Under the pieces are notes generated by a model, which did not search any database, was not told the origin of the DNA, and was given only the letters and a program-made list of their open reading frames with translations. A program made the translations under genes and the position numbers. A stretch of DNA of 41,433 nucleotides. It comes from Candidatus Nezhaarchaeota archaeon WYZ-LMO8. GTDB lineage: Archaea > Thermoproteota > Methanomethylicia > Nezhaarchaeales > WYZ-LMO8. Below, piece by piece: positions 18,985-28,821 of the stretch. Location: contig QNVF01000004.1 in NCBI GenBank assembly GCA_004347965.1, positions 1-41,433 of the forward strand. The letters are read 5' to 3'. The first letter of the stretch is position 1. Every line of letters starts with the position of its first letter.

Positions 18985-20343
18985 TTAGTCTTTAAGGTTT
19001 ATTATCGAGCCATTTTCAGGGACTACTATCTCCTTTGCGTAGCTACTAACAGAGTTTATGAGTTTCTCTATGTTGCCGCTCTCGTCATGAACTAGGATTA
19101 ACGTTTCGGGCTTGATTGTGGCTATGAACTTGCAAAGCTCTGAGTGCATTGCGTGTCTCGATATCTCTACGTGGTAGATCTTACAATTCACTTGAACCTT
19201 AACTCTTTCTTGAGCTATGAAATCCATAACTTCCACTTCTCTAACACCTGAAATTAGTTCGTTTGCTGGCGTTTGAGGGTCCACGTAGCCACATATTATA
19301 ACTGCATTTTCTGGGTTAGGTGTGAGCTTTGCTAAATACCACTGGCTCCACCCACCCTTAAGCATCCCTGAAGGTACCAGGAAGATACAAGGATCCTTGC
19401 TTTCAATAAGTTTACGTCTATTCTTTAAGGTCTTTGGTTGGACGATCCTATCCCAATTGAATGGATCCTCACCGTTGATTATGAAGGCCCGCTTTATGCT
19501 ATCACTCATGTACATTATGAATTGCGAATATATCCTCGTCGCCTTGTAAGCCATGCCATCGAGAACCACTAAAGGATCGGGTAATTTAGCTTCATGCCTC
19601 TTAAGAGCCAACAGTATCTCCTGGGCTTTACCAACAGACATAGCGGGTATGAGGACCTTACCCCCACCATCAAGCGTTGACTTAACAGCTTCTACAAGCT
19701 CCCTCTCCAAGGTCTCTCTTCCTTTCCTTTCAACTCCTCCATAAGTCGATTCGCAGATGAGCACATCAACTCCTTTGAGAGGTGAAGTATCCCAGTACTG
19801 TAGGTGATTTGAGGAGCTACCTAAATCGCCGGAGTAGCCTATCCTTAAACCATCGATTTCAAGCTCAACAAATGAAGAGCCTAGTATGTGCCCAGCATCA
19901 TGTAAGATCATCTTTGTATCATCTGGGAGCTTCACCTCTTCCCTATAAGTCACGTACTGTATGTAGTCTACAAGCATCTTATTCATCTCTTTCACATCCC
20001 ATAGTCTCGATTCTTCAGACCCCTCCCTCTTCATTATACTTAGCTGATCCCTCCACATCATCCCTACAAGAGCTGCTGTCGGCAATGTAGCTACGACCTT
20101 TCCCTTAAAGCCCAGCCTCAATAGTCTCGGAAGGGCACCACTATGATCTAAGTGCGCGTGAGTTAAGACTACGTTGGCTACAGACCCAGAATCAAGTAAT
20201 TCTAGCTTCGGAGTAGCTTCAAGACCAACTGCTGTCGGATAAATACCGCAATCCAGCATTATTGACCCATAATTCCATTTAATTACTATGCAAGTTCTTC
20301 CAACTTCCCTACCTGACCCTAGTATTACTGCCTTGATCGTCAT
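18985..20343 (-). CDS. MBL-fold beta-CASP ribonuclease (archaeal CPSF-like, no KH domains)
   Basis: LGSGREVGRTC, LDCG, THAHLDHSG, AGHILGS, SGDLG, ESTYGG, GGKVLIP, SGMLKGG, SRHA, LVHDE. Confidence 0.88.
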   Translation of the reverse strand: MTIKAVILGSGREVGRTCIVIKWNYGSIMLDCGIYPTAVGLEATPKLELLDSGSVANVVLTHAHLDHSGALPRLLRLGFKGKVVATLPTAALVGMMWRDQLSIMKREGSEESRLWDVKEMNKMLVDYIQYVTYREEVKLPDDTKMILHDAGHILGSSFVELEIDGLRIGYSGDLGSSSNHLQYWDTSPLKGVDVLICESTYGGVERKGRETLERELVEAVKSTLDGGGKVLIPAMSVGKAQEILLALKRHEAKLPDPLVVLDGMAYKATRIYSQFIMYMSDSIKRAFIINGEDPFNWDRIVQPKTLKNRRKLIESKDPCIFLVPSGMLKGGWSQWYLAKLTPNPENAVIICGYVDPQTPANELISGVREVEVMDFIAQERVKVQVNCKIYHVEISRHAMHSELCKFIATIKPETLILVHDESGNIEKLINSVSSYAKEIVVPENGSIINLKD

Positions 20344-20488
20344 GACGCATCAAAGAGAAGTCTAAGAAGTTCTTAATTAAAAGCTTACAATATAGCTTTA
20401 AAATATAATCATATATGAATATTTACGATGAAAATTTGTAAAGTATGAACCAATTTATAGACCACTATATAAAAGGAATTTACATCTA

Positions 20489-20502
20489 CGAAAGCTTTTA
20501 AA
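20489..20502 (+). promoter_or_regulatory. Putative BRE/TATA promoter of the mfnA-mptD-rgy-dmrX operon
   Basis: CGAAAGCTTTTAAA in the AT-rich divergent intergenic region 20344-20549. Confidence 0.45.
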
Positions 20503-20549
20503 CATTCAATGGTTTCTATGCGTACAGTAAGTTTGTCCCATTCTACTGG

Positions 20550-21740
20550 ATGATGAGTATGAACGAGAAAGGGGAGAGACCAAGTAAGGTTCTGGAGGAG
20601 CTTGCAAGAATTATTGAGGAAGATGTAAAGAGATTTAGCTTTAGAGCTCTTGGTTCTATGTGTTGTAGGCCTCTCCCAATATCTAAAATAGCTTACCTCA
20701 TGGGTATTGAAGGTAATGTTGGAGATCCAGGGGTATGGAGGGGAATAGCTAGGCTAGAGAAGGAGGTCATTAGGTGTCTTGGAGGTCTCCTTTCAAATCC
20801 GAAGGCTGTGGGTGTCATAGTCTCTGGTGGAACTGAAGCGAACATCGTGGCCTTGTGGGCGGCTAGAAATAAGTCAAAGAAGCGAGAGGTTATAGTCCCA
20901 GCTTCATGTCACATTTCTTTCTACAAAGCTGCTGACCTTCTAGGTTTAAAGATCGTGAGAGCTCCGTTGAAGGGAGACTTTACAGTTGACGTAGACTACG
21001 TTAGACGTAGCATTACAAGAAATACTGCTGCAATAATTGGCGTAGCCGGTACAACCGCTTTAGGGGCTGTAGACCCCATAGAGGAGCTCAGCGAATTAGC
21101 GCTAGAAAAGGACGTTTATTTACATGTTGATGCTGCTTTTGGAGGAATGGTCCTACCATTCCTGAGAGAATTGGGTTATAAGGTACCTGAATTCGACTTT
21201 AAGCTTGAAGGAGTTTGCTCCATAACCGTCGATCCGCATAAAATGGGTCTAGCTCCGATACCAGCTGGAGGCATATTATTTAGAGAACATGATATAGTCG
21301 AGTCGATAGCTTTCAGAACCCCATACTTGGCTGGAGGAGGAGTTAAGAGCTTCACCATAACCGGCACGAGACCTGGAGGGCCAATAACAGCTGTATGGAC
21401 GCTCATGAGGGTCCTAGGTAAGGAGGGTTATAGAGAGATAGTGAGAGAATGCATGGAGCTAACGGAGCTATTAGTCGAAGGAATTGAACAAGACGATCAC
21501 CTAGAACTTTTAATGAGGCCAGTAATGAACATCGTCGGTGTCAAAGCGAGAAGGCTGAGCGTTAGAGAGTTTTCGAAGAGAATGAGGAGACTTGGATGGT
21601 TACTGTCAGATTTTCCAACGCACTTAAGAATCGTCCTAATGCCTCACCACACTGAGGATCTTATAAACGAGCTTTTAAGAGACTTGAAGGTAGCTGCTAC
21701 GAAGGAGTTCGTAAAGCCAAGAGTAACCTTAAATGTTTAA
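20550..21740 (+). CDS. mfnA: L-tyrosine/L-aspartate decarboxylase (PLP, group II)
   Basis: LGSMC, NVGDPG, SGGTEANI, AGTTALG, HVDAAFGG, PLP lysine DPHKMG, GTRPG, RIVLMPH. Confidence 0.9.
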   Translation: MMSMNEKGERPSKVLEELARIIEEDVKRFSFRALGSMCCRPLPISKIAYLMGIEGNVGDPGVWRGIARLEKEVIRCLGGLLSNPKAVGVIVSGGTEANIVALWAARNKSKKREVIVPASCHISFYKAADLLGLKIVRAPLKGDFTVDVDYVRRSITRNTAAIIGVAGTTALGAVDPIEELSELALEKDVYLHVDAAFGGMVLPFLRELGYKVPEFDFKLEGVCSITVDPHKMGLAPIPAGGILFREHDIVESIAFRTPYLAGGGVKSFTITGTRPGGPITAVWTLMRVLGKEGYREIVRECMELTELLVEGIEQDDHLELLMRPVMNIVGVKARRLSVREFSKRMRRLGWLLSDFPTHLRIVLMPHHTEDLINELLRDLKVAATKEFVKPRVTLNV

Positions 21741-21758
21741 AGCTTGGATTTAAAATAT

Positions 21759-22169
21759 ATGGTTTTCAAAGATCCTGCAAAGAGGTTTTTTCATCCGTCA
21801 ATAACCGATAGAGAAAGAGCTATCTTCGAGGCTGGGATAGCGCTTGGAGCATTGTACCATCAATTCATAGGCATTCCCATAGCTAGGAGGAAGGAAGTTC
21901 TTCAAGCAGTCAAAGACGCGATAGAAAAGACAATGATGCTGCAACCTTTCAGAGAAAAGGTAGAGGTGAGCTTTAACTTAGATGCCATCGGAGGTAAGAC
22001 CTCCAATCCCTACGATTACTCTTTGCTTAAAGGAGAAGCTATGGACGTAAGGGTTGTGGTAAGGTATGGCTCCGCAAGAGTTAAGGCTAGGATGCTATTC
22101 GTGGAAGACCTAAACTTTAACTTAATGTACATAGAGGATGTGGAAGATCTTGGCGCTGAGCAAGGTTAA
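21759..22169 (+). CDS. mptD: Archaeal dihydroneopterin aldolase (DUF372/381)
   Basis: ITDRERAIFEAGIALGALYHQFIG...QPF...YDYS.L...LMYI; start ATG 21759 or TTG 21744. Confidence 0.88.
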   Translation: MVFKDPAKRFFHPSITDRERAIFEAGIALGALYHQFIGIPIARRKEVLQAVKDAIEKTMMLQPFREKVEVSFNLDAIGGKTSNPYDYSLLKGEAMDVRVVVRYGSARVKARMLFVEDLNFNLMYIEDVEDLGAEQG

Positions 22170-22200
22170 ATAACTCCTAGTTCCTGTGTTTTTGAGTGGG

Positions 22201-25200
22201 ATGATACACGCCAAATTCAGAGGATTGTGTCCTAATTGCGACGGAGAAATAACAGATGACAGGCTATTGTATGGTCTACCGTGCACTAATTGTTTGCCTG
22301 ATAGTGATATCAGAGAAGCAAGTGAGTTCATCGACCTCTATAAGTCTTCACCCCTCGACTTCAGGCTGAAGCTCGGAGAACTTTTAGAAGCTCGCGGAAA
22401 GCTTATGGGACTTAAGGACTATGTTGCTTTGGCTAGTAAGCTAAAAGATTTCGAAGATTTCTTCAGCAAAGTCACGGGAAAGAAAATGTGGAGCGCTCAA
22501 AGGACATGGGCTAAAAGAGCTCTATCAGGTCTTAGCTTTGCCATAATAGCTCCAACAGGTGTTGGAAAGACGCTTTTTGCAGTAGCCTTAACACTATACT
22601 ATGCCAAACAGGGAAAGAAGACACTGTTCATACTACCCACGATAGTGCTTGCAAATCAAGTCTATGAGTGGCTTAGGAAATATGCTGAGAATGTAATGCT
22701 TGGTATAAGGGTCATTCCATTATTTGGTGGGCATGTTAAGGACAAAGAGGGTGCGTTTGACGCTATAAGGGAGGGTCAGGTTGACGTCGTCATAACAACG
22801 CCTATGTCTCTTGCGAAAAACTTTAATAAAATGGTAGGGGCGAAGTTCGACCTTGTTGCTGTTGATGATGTCGACGCTCTTCTGAGGAAGTCTAAGAACA
22901 TCGATAGAGTTCTAAACCTAATGGGTTTCCCACAGGAAGTTATTGACTTAGCCATGAGATTAGTTAAAGAGAAAGCTAAATTACTTGGCCTATTAAAGGC
23001 TGGACGTAAAGAAAAAGTCGAAGAAATAGGAATTGAGCTTGGCGAGATAAATGCTAAGCTGAAGAACTCATTAGCTAACAATAACTACGGTCAGCTCATA
23101 GTTTTAAGTGCAACGGGTCGAGCTAGGGGTCTAAGAGTTAAATTGTTTCGTGAGCTGTTGGGCTTCGAAGCTGGAACGATGGTAGAGTACATGAGAAACA
23201 TTCAAGACTGCCATCTATTAGTGGAGGGAGGTGGTCCAGAGGACTTAATGAGGCCAGTGCTTGACCTCGTAAGAAGACTTGGTAGTGGAGGATTGATATA
23301 CGTCTCTCATGATCTAGGGGCAGACTACGCTCAAGCCCTTACGGACTACTTGGTTTCAAATGGCGTTAAGGCAGCATTAGCTAAAGCTAGTATGAGGGGT
23401 ATAAGGAAGCTTATAGAGGACTTTGCTAGAGGAGAGCTTGAAGTCTTAGTTGGAGTTGCAAGTTACTATGGTGTAATAGTTAGAGGACTGGATCTTCCTG
23501 AAAGAGTTAGGTACGCACTCTTCGTCGCGGTGCCGAAGTTTAAGTTCACATTAGACTCAAAAGAGAGTCACCCCATAAGGCTTCTTCAGATAATGTCCGT
23601 GCTACAGACGATAGTTGAAGGAGATGAGACGCTTCGTCTAGCAAGAATAGTAGCTGACATGAGACGTCATGCTTCAAGACTTGGATATGAAGAAGCAAGG
23701 CTTGTAACCGATGCTCTCCGTAAGGGAGTGGAACTTGAAGGCTATCTCGAAGAAGTGCGACAGCTATTCGCTAACGCGAGAGAGCTAATGAATGAGTTGT
23801 TAAAGCGGGAAGAGGTGAAGAAAAAGTTTCTTGAAAGCCCCGTGATAGACGTTAGAGAGATAGATGGAAAGCTATTCATGTTCATACCCGATGTCATGAC
23901 ATACATACAAGCCAGTGGAAGAACATCAAGAATGTATACTGGTGGTTTAACAAAGGGGCTCAGCATAGTAGTTTACCTTCCTCAAGATAGTAACGCTCTC
24001 AATAATTTGATTAAACAAACGAAGATATACATAGATGACATACAGTGGAAGTCTCTTTCAGATGTCGATCTTGAGAAGTTGTTGAAGGAGATAGATGAAG
24101 ACAGGGTTAGAGTCAAGAAGACCCTAGCAGGTGAAGTTGAAGAGATTAAAGAGCCTGTTAAAAGCGCTCTAATGATTGTTGAAAGCCCTACGAAAGCACG
24201 AGCGATAGCCAGCTTCTTTGGAAGACCGTCGCGAAGGATCATAGGGCCATTGAAGGTTTTCGAGGTATTTGCTGGAAACTTCCTATTAAGCATAATTGCA
24301 ACTAGAGGGCACATATATGACCTAGTAATGGAAGATGTAGGTAAGTATGGTGTGGAATTACACGGTGATCGCTTTATCCCGATATATAGCACGTTAAAAA
24401 GATGTAGGAAGTGTGGATACCAATTCACATTAGATAGTGACTTCTGTCTCAGATGCGGATCAAGTTCGATCGTTAAGTCGGATGACGTGGTGAGGGCTCT
24501 TAGGAGGATAGCAAACGAGGTCGATTCAGCTTTCATAGCTACTGACCCCGACGTTGAAGGCGAAAAGATAGGGTGGGATGTTGCTTGCACCATTACCCCC
24601 TATCTGAGTGAAGTAAAGAGGAGCGTGTTTCATGAAGTTACAAGAAGGGCAATCTACAAAGCCTTGAGCGATCCTCGAGACATAAGCATACCAATGGTTG
24701 AAGCTCAGCTAGTTCGAAGAATAGAAGACAGATGGATAGGGTTTAGCTTAAGTGAGAAGCTTTGGGATGTTTTTGGCAAGAAATGGCTTGCAGCCGGTAG
24801 AGTTCAAACACCGGTCTTGGGATGGATAATTGAAAGATGCGAGGAGTGGAGGAGAAACATAACTAACTACGTGGTAGTCGACATCGAGGGAGGCTTTAGA
24901 CTCTACTTCGATGTTCCTTTGCCCTTTAAAGAAGTTAGAGAGCTGCAACCGAAGATCAAGGAATCCGAAGTTGTAGTTGAAGACGTTGTTCTTGAAGAGG
25001 TCGAGGTCAATCCACCTCCTCCCTTCACTACTGATGAGCTCCTATACGTTGCTTCAATGAGGGGCTTCACTTCAGCTGAAACAATGAGGATAGCACAAGA
25101 ACTATTTGAAATGGGCTTTATAACTTACCACAGAACTGATAGCACAGCAGTTTCGGATGTTGGCAAGGCAATAGCTAGAGACTACCTTCAAGAGAAGTAT

Positions 25201-25947
25201 GGTGATGAGTATAAAAATTGGTTTGTACCGAGAGACTGGTTTAAGGAGGGTGCACATGAGTGCATAAGGCCCACAAGGCCTATAGATGCGCTGACACTTC
25301 AACGATTAATCATGGATGGATCCATAACCACCATAATCCCTCTAACCATGAGACACTACAGGCTCTATGACTTAATATTTAGGAGGTTCATAGCTAGTCA
25401 GATGAAGAGAGCATTAATCGTGAAAGCAAGGTATAAGTTTAGCCTTGAGATAAATGGTGTAAAATATTTTGCTGAACAAGAGGGGATAGTCAAGCTAAAG
25501 GATCCAGGATTCTACGATGTCCTAGGTTACAAGCTTCTCAATGAGCTCCATAAGGGCGATAAATGCAAGATAGAAAACGTCGAAATCAGAAGAACCTCAA
25601 GAGTACCGTTGTACAAGGAGGGAGACGTCGTGAGACTTATGAAAGAGAGGGGTATAGGTAGACCTTCAACATACCCCAAGATCATTGAGGGTCTCATAAG
25701 GCATGGTTATGTCGTCAAGAATAAGTGGGGAAGTTTAATAGCAACAGCTCAAGGTAAGGAAGTCTATAAGTACCTTGTAAGGAACTTTGAAGAGCTAGTG
25801 TCTGAAGAGACTACGAAGGATCTCGAAGAGAAGATGGCTTTGATAGAGGTGGGAGAGTTAGATTATCAGCGCGTCCTTAAGGACTTAGTTGTTCAGATGG
25901 ATAAGCTGCTTAAGGGTGTAGAGAGAATTGAGCAAATTTCGAAATAG
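22201..25947 (+). CDS. rgy: Reverse gyrase
   Basis: Zn finger CPNC..CTNC, APTGVGKT, DDVD, SATG, RGLDLP, YIQASGRTSR, ESPTKA, second Zn finger CRKC..CLRC, active site ITYHRTD, GIGRPST. Confidence 0.97.
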   Translation: MIHAKFRGLCPNCDGEITDDRLLYGLPCTNCLPDSDIREASEFIDLYKSSPLDFRLKLGELLEARGKLMGLKDYVALASKLKDFEDFFSKVTGKKMWSAQRTWAKRALSGLSFAIIAPTGVGKTLFAVALTLYYAKQGKKTLFILPTIVLANQVYEWLRKYAENVMLGIRVIPLFGGHVKDKEGAFDAIREGQVDVVITTPMSLAKNFNKMVGAKFDLVAVDDVDALLRKSKNIDRVLNLMGFPQEVIDLAMRLVKEKAKLLGLLKAGRKEKVEEIGIELGEINAKLKNSLANNNYGQLIVLSATGRARGLRVKLFRELLGFEAGTMVEYMRNIQDCHLLVEGGGPEDLMRPVLDLVRRLGSGGLIYVSHDLGADYAQALTDYLVSNGVKAALAKASMRGIRKLIEDFARGELEVLVGVASYYGVIVRGLDLPERVRYALFVAVPKFKFTLDSKESHPIRLLQIMSVLQTIVEGDETLRLARIVADMRRHASRLGYEEARLVTDALRKGVELEGYLEEVRQLFANARELMNELLKREEVKKKFLESPVIDVREIDGKLFMFIPDVMTYIQASGRTSRMYTGGLTKGLSIVVYLPQDSNALNNLIKQTKIYIDDIQWKSLSDVDLEKLLKEIDEDRVRVKKTLAGEVEEIKEPVKSALMIVESPTKARAIASFFGRPSRRIIGPLKVFEVFAGNFLLSIIATRGHIYDLVMEDVGKYGVELHGDRFIPIYSTLKRCRKCGYQFTLDSDFCLRCGSSSIVKSDDVVRALRRIANEVDSAFIATDPDVEGEKIGWDVACTITPYLSEVKRSVFHEVTRRAIYKALSDPRDISIPMVEAQLVRRIEDRWIGFSLSEKLWDVFGKKWLAAGRVQTPVLGWIIERCEEWRRNITNYVVVDIEGGFRLYFDVPLPFKEVRELQPKIKESEVVVEDVVLEEVEVNPPPPFTTDELLYVASMRGFTSAETMRIAQELFEMGFITYHRTDSTAVSDVGKAIARDYLQEKYGDEYKNWFVPRDWFKEGAHECIRPTRPIDALTLQRLIMDGSITTIIPLTMRHYRLYDLIFRRFIASQMKRALIVKARYKFSLEINGVKYFAEQEGIVKLKDPGFYDVLGYKLLNELHKGDKCKIENVEIRRTSRVPLYKEGDVVRLMKERGIGRPSTYPKIIEGLIRHGYVVKNKWGSLIATAQGKEVYKYLVRNFEELVSEETTKDLEEKMALIEVGELDYQRVLKDLVVQMDKLLKGVERIEQISK

Positions 25948-26671
25948 GCTGGCATGGTGCCTAACAGGAGCTGGTCATCATCTCTTTGAGAGCGTAGAGG
26001 TTATGGAGGAGCTTGCATCTCGAGATTTCGAAATAACTATTTTCATATCTCAAGCAGGCCTTGAAGTCGCCAGAATGTATGGTCTTGAAAAGAGGTTGAG
26101 GTCCATAGCTGATGGCAGCTACTACAGGGAGTTTGTAACGCCAAGCGATGGAGCTAGCTGTAGCAAAGCTGGTAGGCTCTTAATGAGAATGTATCAAGCG
26201 CTAATAGCGTCGCCAGCTTCTGCAAACACTGTTGCAAAAGTTGTAAGGGGGATAGCGGATACGCCACCAACCATAGCCATAGCCCAAGCACTTAAGGGTG
26301 GTGTTAGAGTGTTCATGGTCCCAACCGATGGTGAAACTGAATATGAAACTGAGACCCCACACATGGTTGATAGACTTGTGTGTGAGGCGCATACGTGTAA
26401 AGAGTGCGAACCGTTGACTTCGTGCCCCACAGGTGCTTTCGAACTCGTAGAAGGCATGGGACACATAGACCTCAGTAAATGCATTGGATGCTCAAGCTGT
26501 CTTCGTTCATGCCCATTTGGGGCTATCAAATTTAGGGTTAAGGTCAAGGCTAGAAGTAGCCCTATAGACTTGGAGAATGTGAAGAGACTATCCTTAATCA
26601 GGGGGGTTGTCGTATTAAAGAGGCCTAAGGACTTATTACAAAAGATTGAAGAGCTCACTAGCTCACGCTAA
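25928..26671 (+). CDS. dmrX: Dihydromethanopterin reductase (acceptor); AfpA-type flavoprotein with ferredoxin insert
   Basis: AWCLTGAGH, ASANTVAKVVRGIADT, VPTD, two Fe-S motifs (CKEC...CP; CIGCSSCLRSCP), IDLENV. Confidence 0.8.
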   Translation: MSKFRNRLAWCLTGAGHHLFESVEVMEELASRDFEITIFISQAGLEVARMYGLEKRLRSIADGSYYREFVTPSDGASCSKAGRLLMRMYQALIASPASANTVAKVVRGIADTPPTIAIAQALKGGVRVFMVPTDGETEYETETPHMVDRLVCEAHTCKECEPLTSCPTGAFELVEGMGHIDLSKCIGCSSCLRSCPFGAIKFRVKVKARSSPIDLENVKRLSLIRGVVVLKRPKDLLQKIEELTSSR

Positions 26672-26764
26672 GATACTCGTAAGTGAGGACGATGGTAATA
26701 AAGCAAAGGGTTATCGAACATCATGTGATGAAGAGCTAGGATCTAAAATTTTCGAAGAAAAACT

Positions 26765-26779
26765 GAGAAAGTTTAAAAA
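26765..26779 (+). promoter_or_regulatory. Putative BRE/TATA promoter of the hdr/hydrogenase operon
   Basis: GAGAAAG-TTTAAAAA about 75 nt upstream of the hdrC ATG in the 181-nt gap after dmrX. Confidence 0.5.
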
Positions 26780-26852
26780 AGAACTAAATAGAAATTATGA
26801 GAGTCTGATAAGAACCCAAATACCTTACGAGAGCCTTGAGGAGCCGATCACG

Positions 26853-27380
26853 ATGGCGGATACCAAGCCATTAATTGCAAGCTACCCCATAACTTTAGAG
26901 CAACTTAACAAGAAAATTCCCGAAGTACTTAAGGAGACGGGGATTGAGAAGTGCATTCAATGCGGCACTTGCACAGGATCTTGTCCTTCAGGCAGGAGGA
27001 CAGCTTTTAGGACTAGAGTCGTCATAAGGAAAGCCCTGCTTGGATTGAGGGAGGACTTACTAAAAAGCAATGATATATGGCTTTGCACTACGTGTTATAC
27101 ATGCTATGAGCGATGTCCTCGGAAGATAAGCATTATCGAAGCCATTATAGCTTTAAGGAACATGGCTGCAGCTCAAGGGTTCATGCTGCCTAGACATAAA
27201 GAGATATCGAAGTACTTGGTGAGCTATGGGCACTTAGTACCTATAAATGAACCTAACAAAAAGCGCAGAACTGAATTAGGCTTATCAGAAGTTCCTCCAA
27301 CTGTGCACTCTCATCCCGAGGCTCTTGAAGAAGTTAAGAAGCTCCTTGAAGTCACCGGGTTTACTAAACTCGTGGGGTGA
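26853..27380 (+). CDS. hdrC: Heterodisulfide reductase subunit C
   Basis: GAGGAG RBS + ATG 26853; CIQCGTCTGSCPSGRRT, WLCTTCYTCYERCPR, GHLVPI, PPTVH. Confidence 0.93.
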   Translation: MADTKPLIASYPITLEQLNKKIPEVLKETGIEKCIQCGTCTGSCPSGRRTAFRTRVVIRKALLGLREDLLKSNDIWLCTTCYTCYERCPRKISIIEAIIALRNMAAAQGFMLPRHKEISKYLVSYGHLVPINEPNKKRRTELGLSEVPPTVHSHPEALEEVKKLLEVTGFTKLVG

Positions 27381-28285
27381 AGGTCTTGGGTGAGCTAAGA
27401 TTTGCGTTCTTCTTAGGTTGCATTATGCCTAACAGGTATCCTGGACTAGAAGCCTCCGTTAGGAGGGTCTTTGAAAAACTGGGCATAGAGCTTGTAGACA
27501 TGAAGGGTGCTTCATGTTGCCCTGCCCCCGGGGTCGTGAGGTCCTTCAAGTTTGATACATGGGTGGCATTGGGGGCTAGGAATTTATCAATAGCTGAAGA
27601 GATGGGCCTTGACATAGTCACAGGATGTAGTGGCTGCTATGGAACACTCAGAGATATATGGTATGAACATCGTGAAAAGAAGGAGATTAGAGATAAAGTT
27701 GACTACTACTTATCTCAAATAGGTAAATCGTTTAAAGGTAAGATCAAGGTAAAACATGTTCTTGAGGTCCTCCACTTTGATGTAGGCGTTGAAAAGCTTA
27801 AAGAATTCATCAAAAAACCTTTAAGCAACATTAAGGCTGCTGTCCACTACGGATGCCATATCCTAAAGCCGAGTGATAAGAGACCTTGGAAAGAGGGAAC
27901 TGAGAAACCAAGATTCTTTGATGAGCTTGTAGAGGTTACTGGAGCAAAAAGCATTGATTGGAAAGACAAGTTCATGTGCTGTGGCGCTGGTGGTGGGGTC
28001 AGATCTGGAGCTTTGGACGTAGCTCTGCACATGACAAAAGAAAAGATCGAGAATGCTTATGCAAGCGGAGCTGATTGCATAGTTAACGCGTGCTCATTTT
28101 GCCATCTTCAATTTGATACAGGTCAAATAGAGATAAACAAAAGTTACGGTACTTCATTTAACATGCCAATAATTTATTACACACAACTTTTAGGTTTAGC
28201 AATGGGTCTAAGCCCTGAAGAGCTCGGTTTACATCAAAACAATGTTAGTGTTGAACCTTTATTAAGGAAGTTGGGGGTGAACTAG
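27377..28285 (+). CDS. hdrB: Heterodisulfide reductase subunit B
   Basis: Two intact CCG domains: LGCIMPNRYPG, SCCPAPG, CSGCYGTL, HYGCH, CCGAGGGVRS, CSFCHLQFD. Confidence 0.95.
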   Translation: MKVLGELRFAFFLGCIMPNRYPGLEASVRRVFEKLGIELVDMKGASCCPAPGVVRSFKFDTWVALGARNLSIAEEMGLDIVTGCSGCYGTLRDIWYEHREKKEIRDKVDYYLSQIGKSFKGKIKVKHVLEVLHFDVGVEKLKEFIKKPLSNIKAAVHYGCHILKPSDKRPWKEGTEKPRFFDELVEVTGAKSIDWKDKFMCCGAGGGVRSGALDVALHMTKEKIENAYASGADCIVNACSFCHLQFDTGQIEINKSYGTSFNMPIIYYTQLLGLAMGLSPEELGLHQNNVSVEPLLRKLGVN

Positions 28286-28286
28286 C

Positions 28287-28814
28287 TTGGCGACCGGGGA
28301 GGTTAAGGGAGAAACACAACATAAAACGTTCGCGTCTTATAGGACTTCGTTAAGGAAGGTCTTTTACATAGACCTTGAGAAGTGCATAGGATGCAAGTCG
28401 TGTGAAGCTGCATGCGCTAGAGTGCATGATGGTAGCCCGAGGATGTATATCCAGACGATATCTGAATTCAATGTTCCAATGCACTGTCAACATTGTGAAG
28501 TCCCTGCTTGCGTTGAAGCATGTCCTGAAAAGGCGATAGACGTCTCGCCTGAGGGCTTCACAGTATTGAACGAAGCAAAGTGCGTTGCATGTAGGGCATG
28601 CATAGTGGCATGTCCTTTTGGCATGCCCAGGCTTGAGGAGGAGAAGAGGGTCGTTGTTAAATGCGATATGTGTATTGAGAGGATAAGGCAAGGGCTAGAA
28701 CCAGCTTGTGTGGCTACATGCACATCAGGGGCCTTAATGTTTATAACGTGCATAGGTTGTAATATATGCGTTGTTTCGTGCCCATTTGTTAAGAAAGTAA
28801 GCATTAAGGGCTGA
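28287..28814 (+). CDS. HycB/HydN/CooF-like 4x[4Fe-4S] electron-transfer subunit
   Basis: CIGCKSCEAAC, CQHCEVPACVEACP, CVACRACIVACPFG, KCDMC...PACVATC; extra C-terminal CIGCNICVVSCP. Confidence 0.88.
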   Translation: MATGEVKGETQHKTFASYRTSLRKVFYIDLEKCIGCKSCEAACARVHDGSPRMYIQTISEFNVPMHCQHCEVPACVEACPEKAIDVSPEGFTVLNEAKCVACRACIVACPFGMPRLEEEKRVVVKCDMCIERIRQGLEPACVATCTSGALMFITCIGCNICVVSCPFVKKVSIKG

Positions 28815-28821
28815 AGCTGTA

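Noticed and set aside
20379..20424. Imperfect palindromes in the AT-rich divergent promoter
   Set aside because: Expected by chance at this AT content; no second copy seen
26646..26852. 69-aa N-terminal extension of HdrC in the ORF track
   Set aside because: The region contains a BRE/TATA element, and a good RBS precedes ATG 26853; the extension has no recognisable motif
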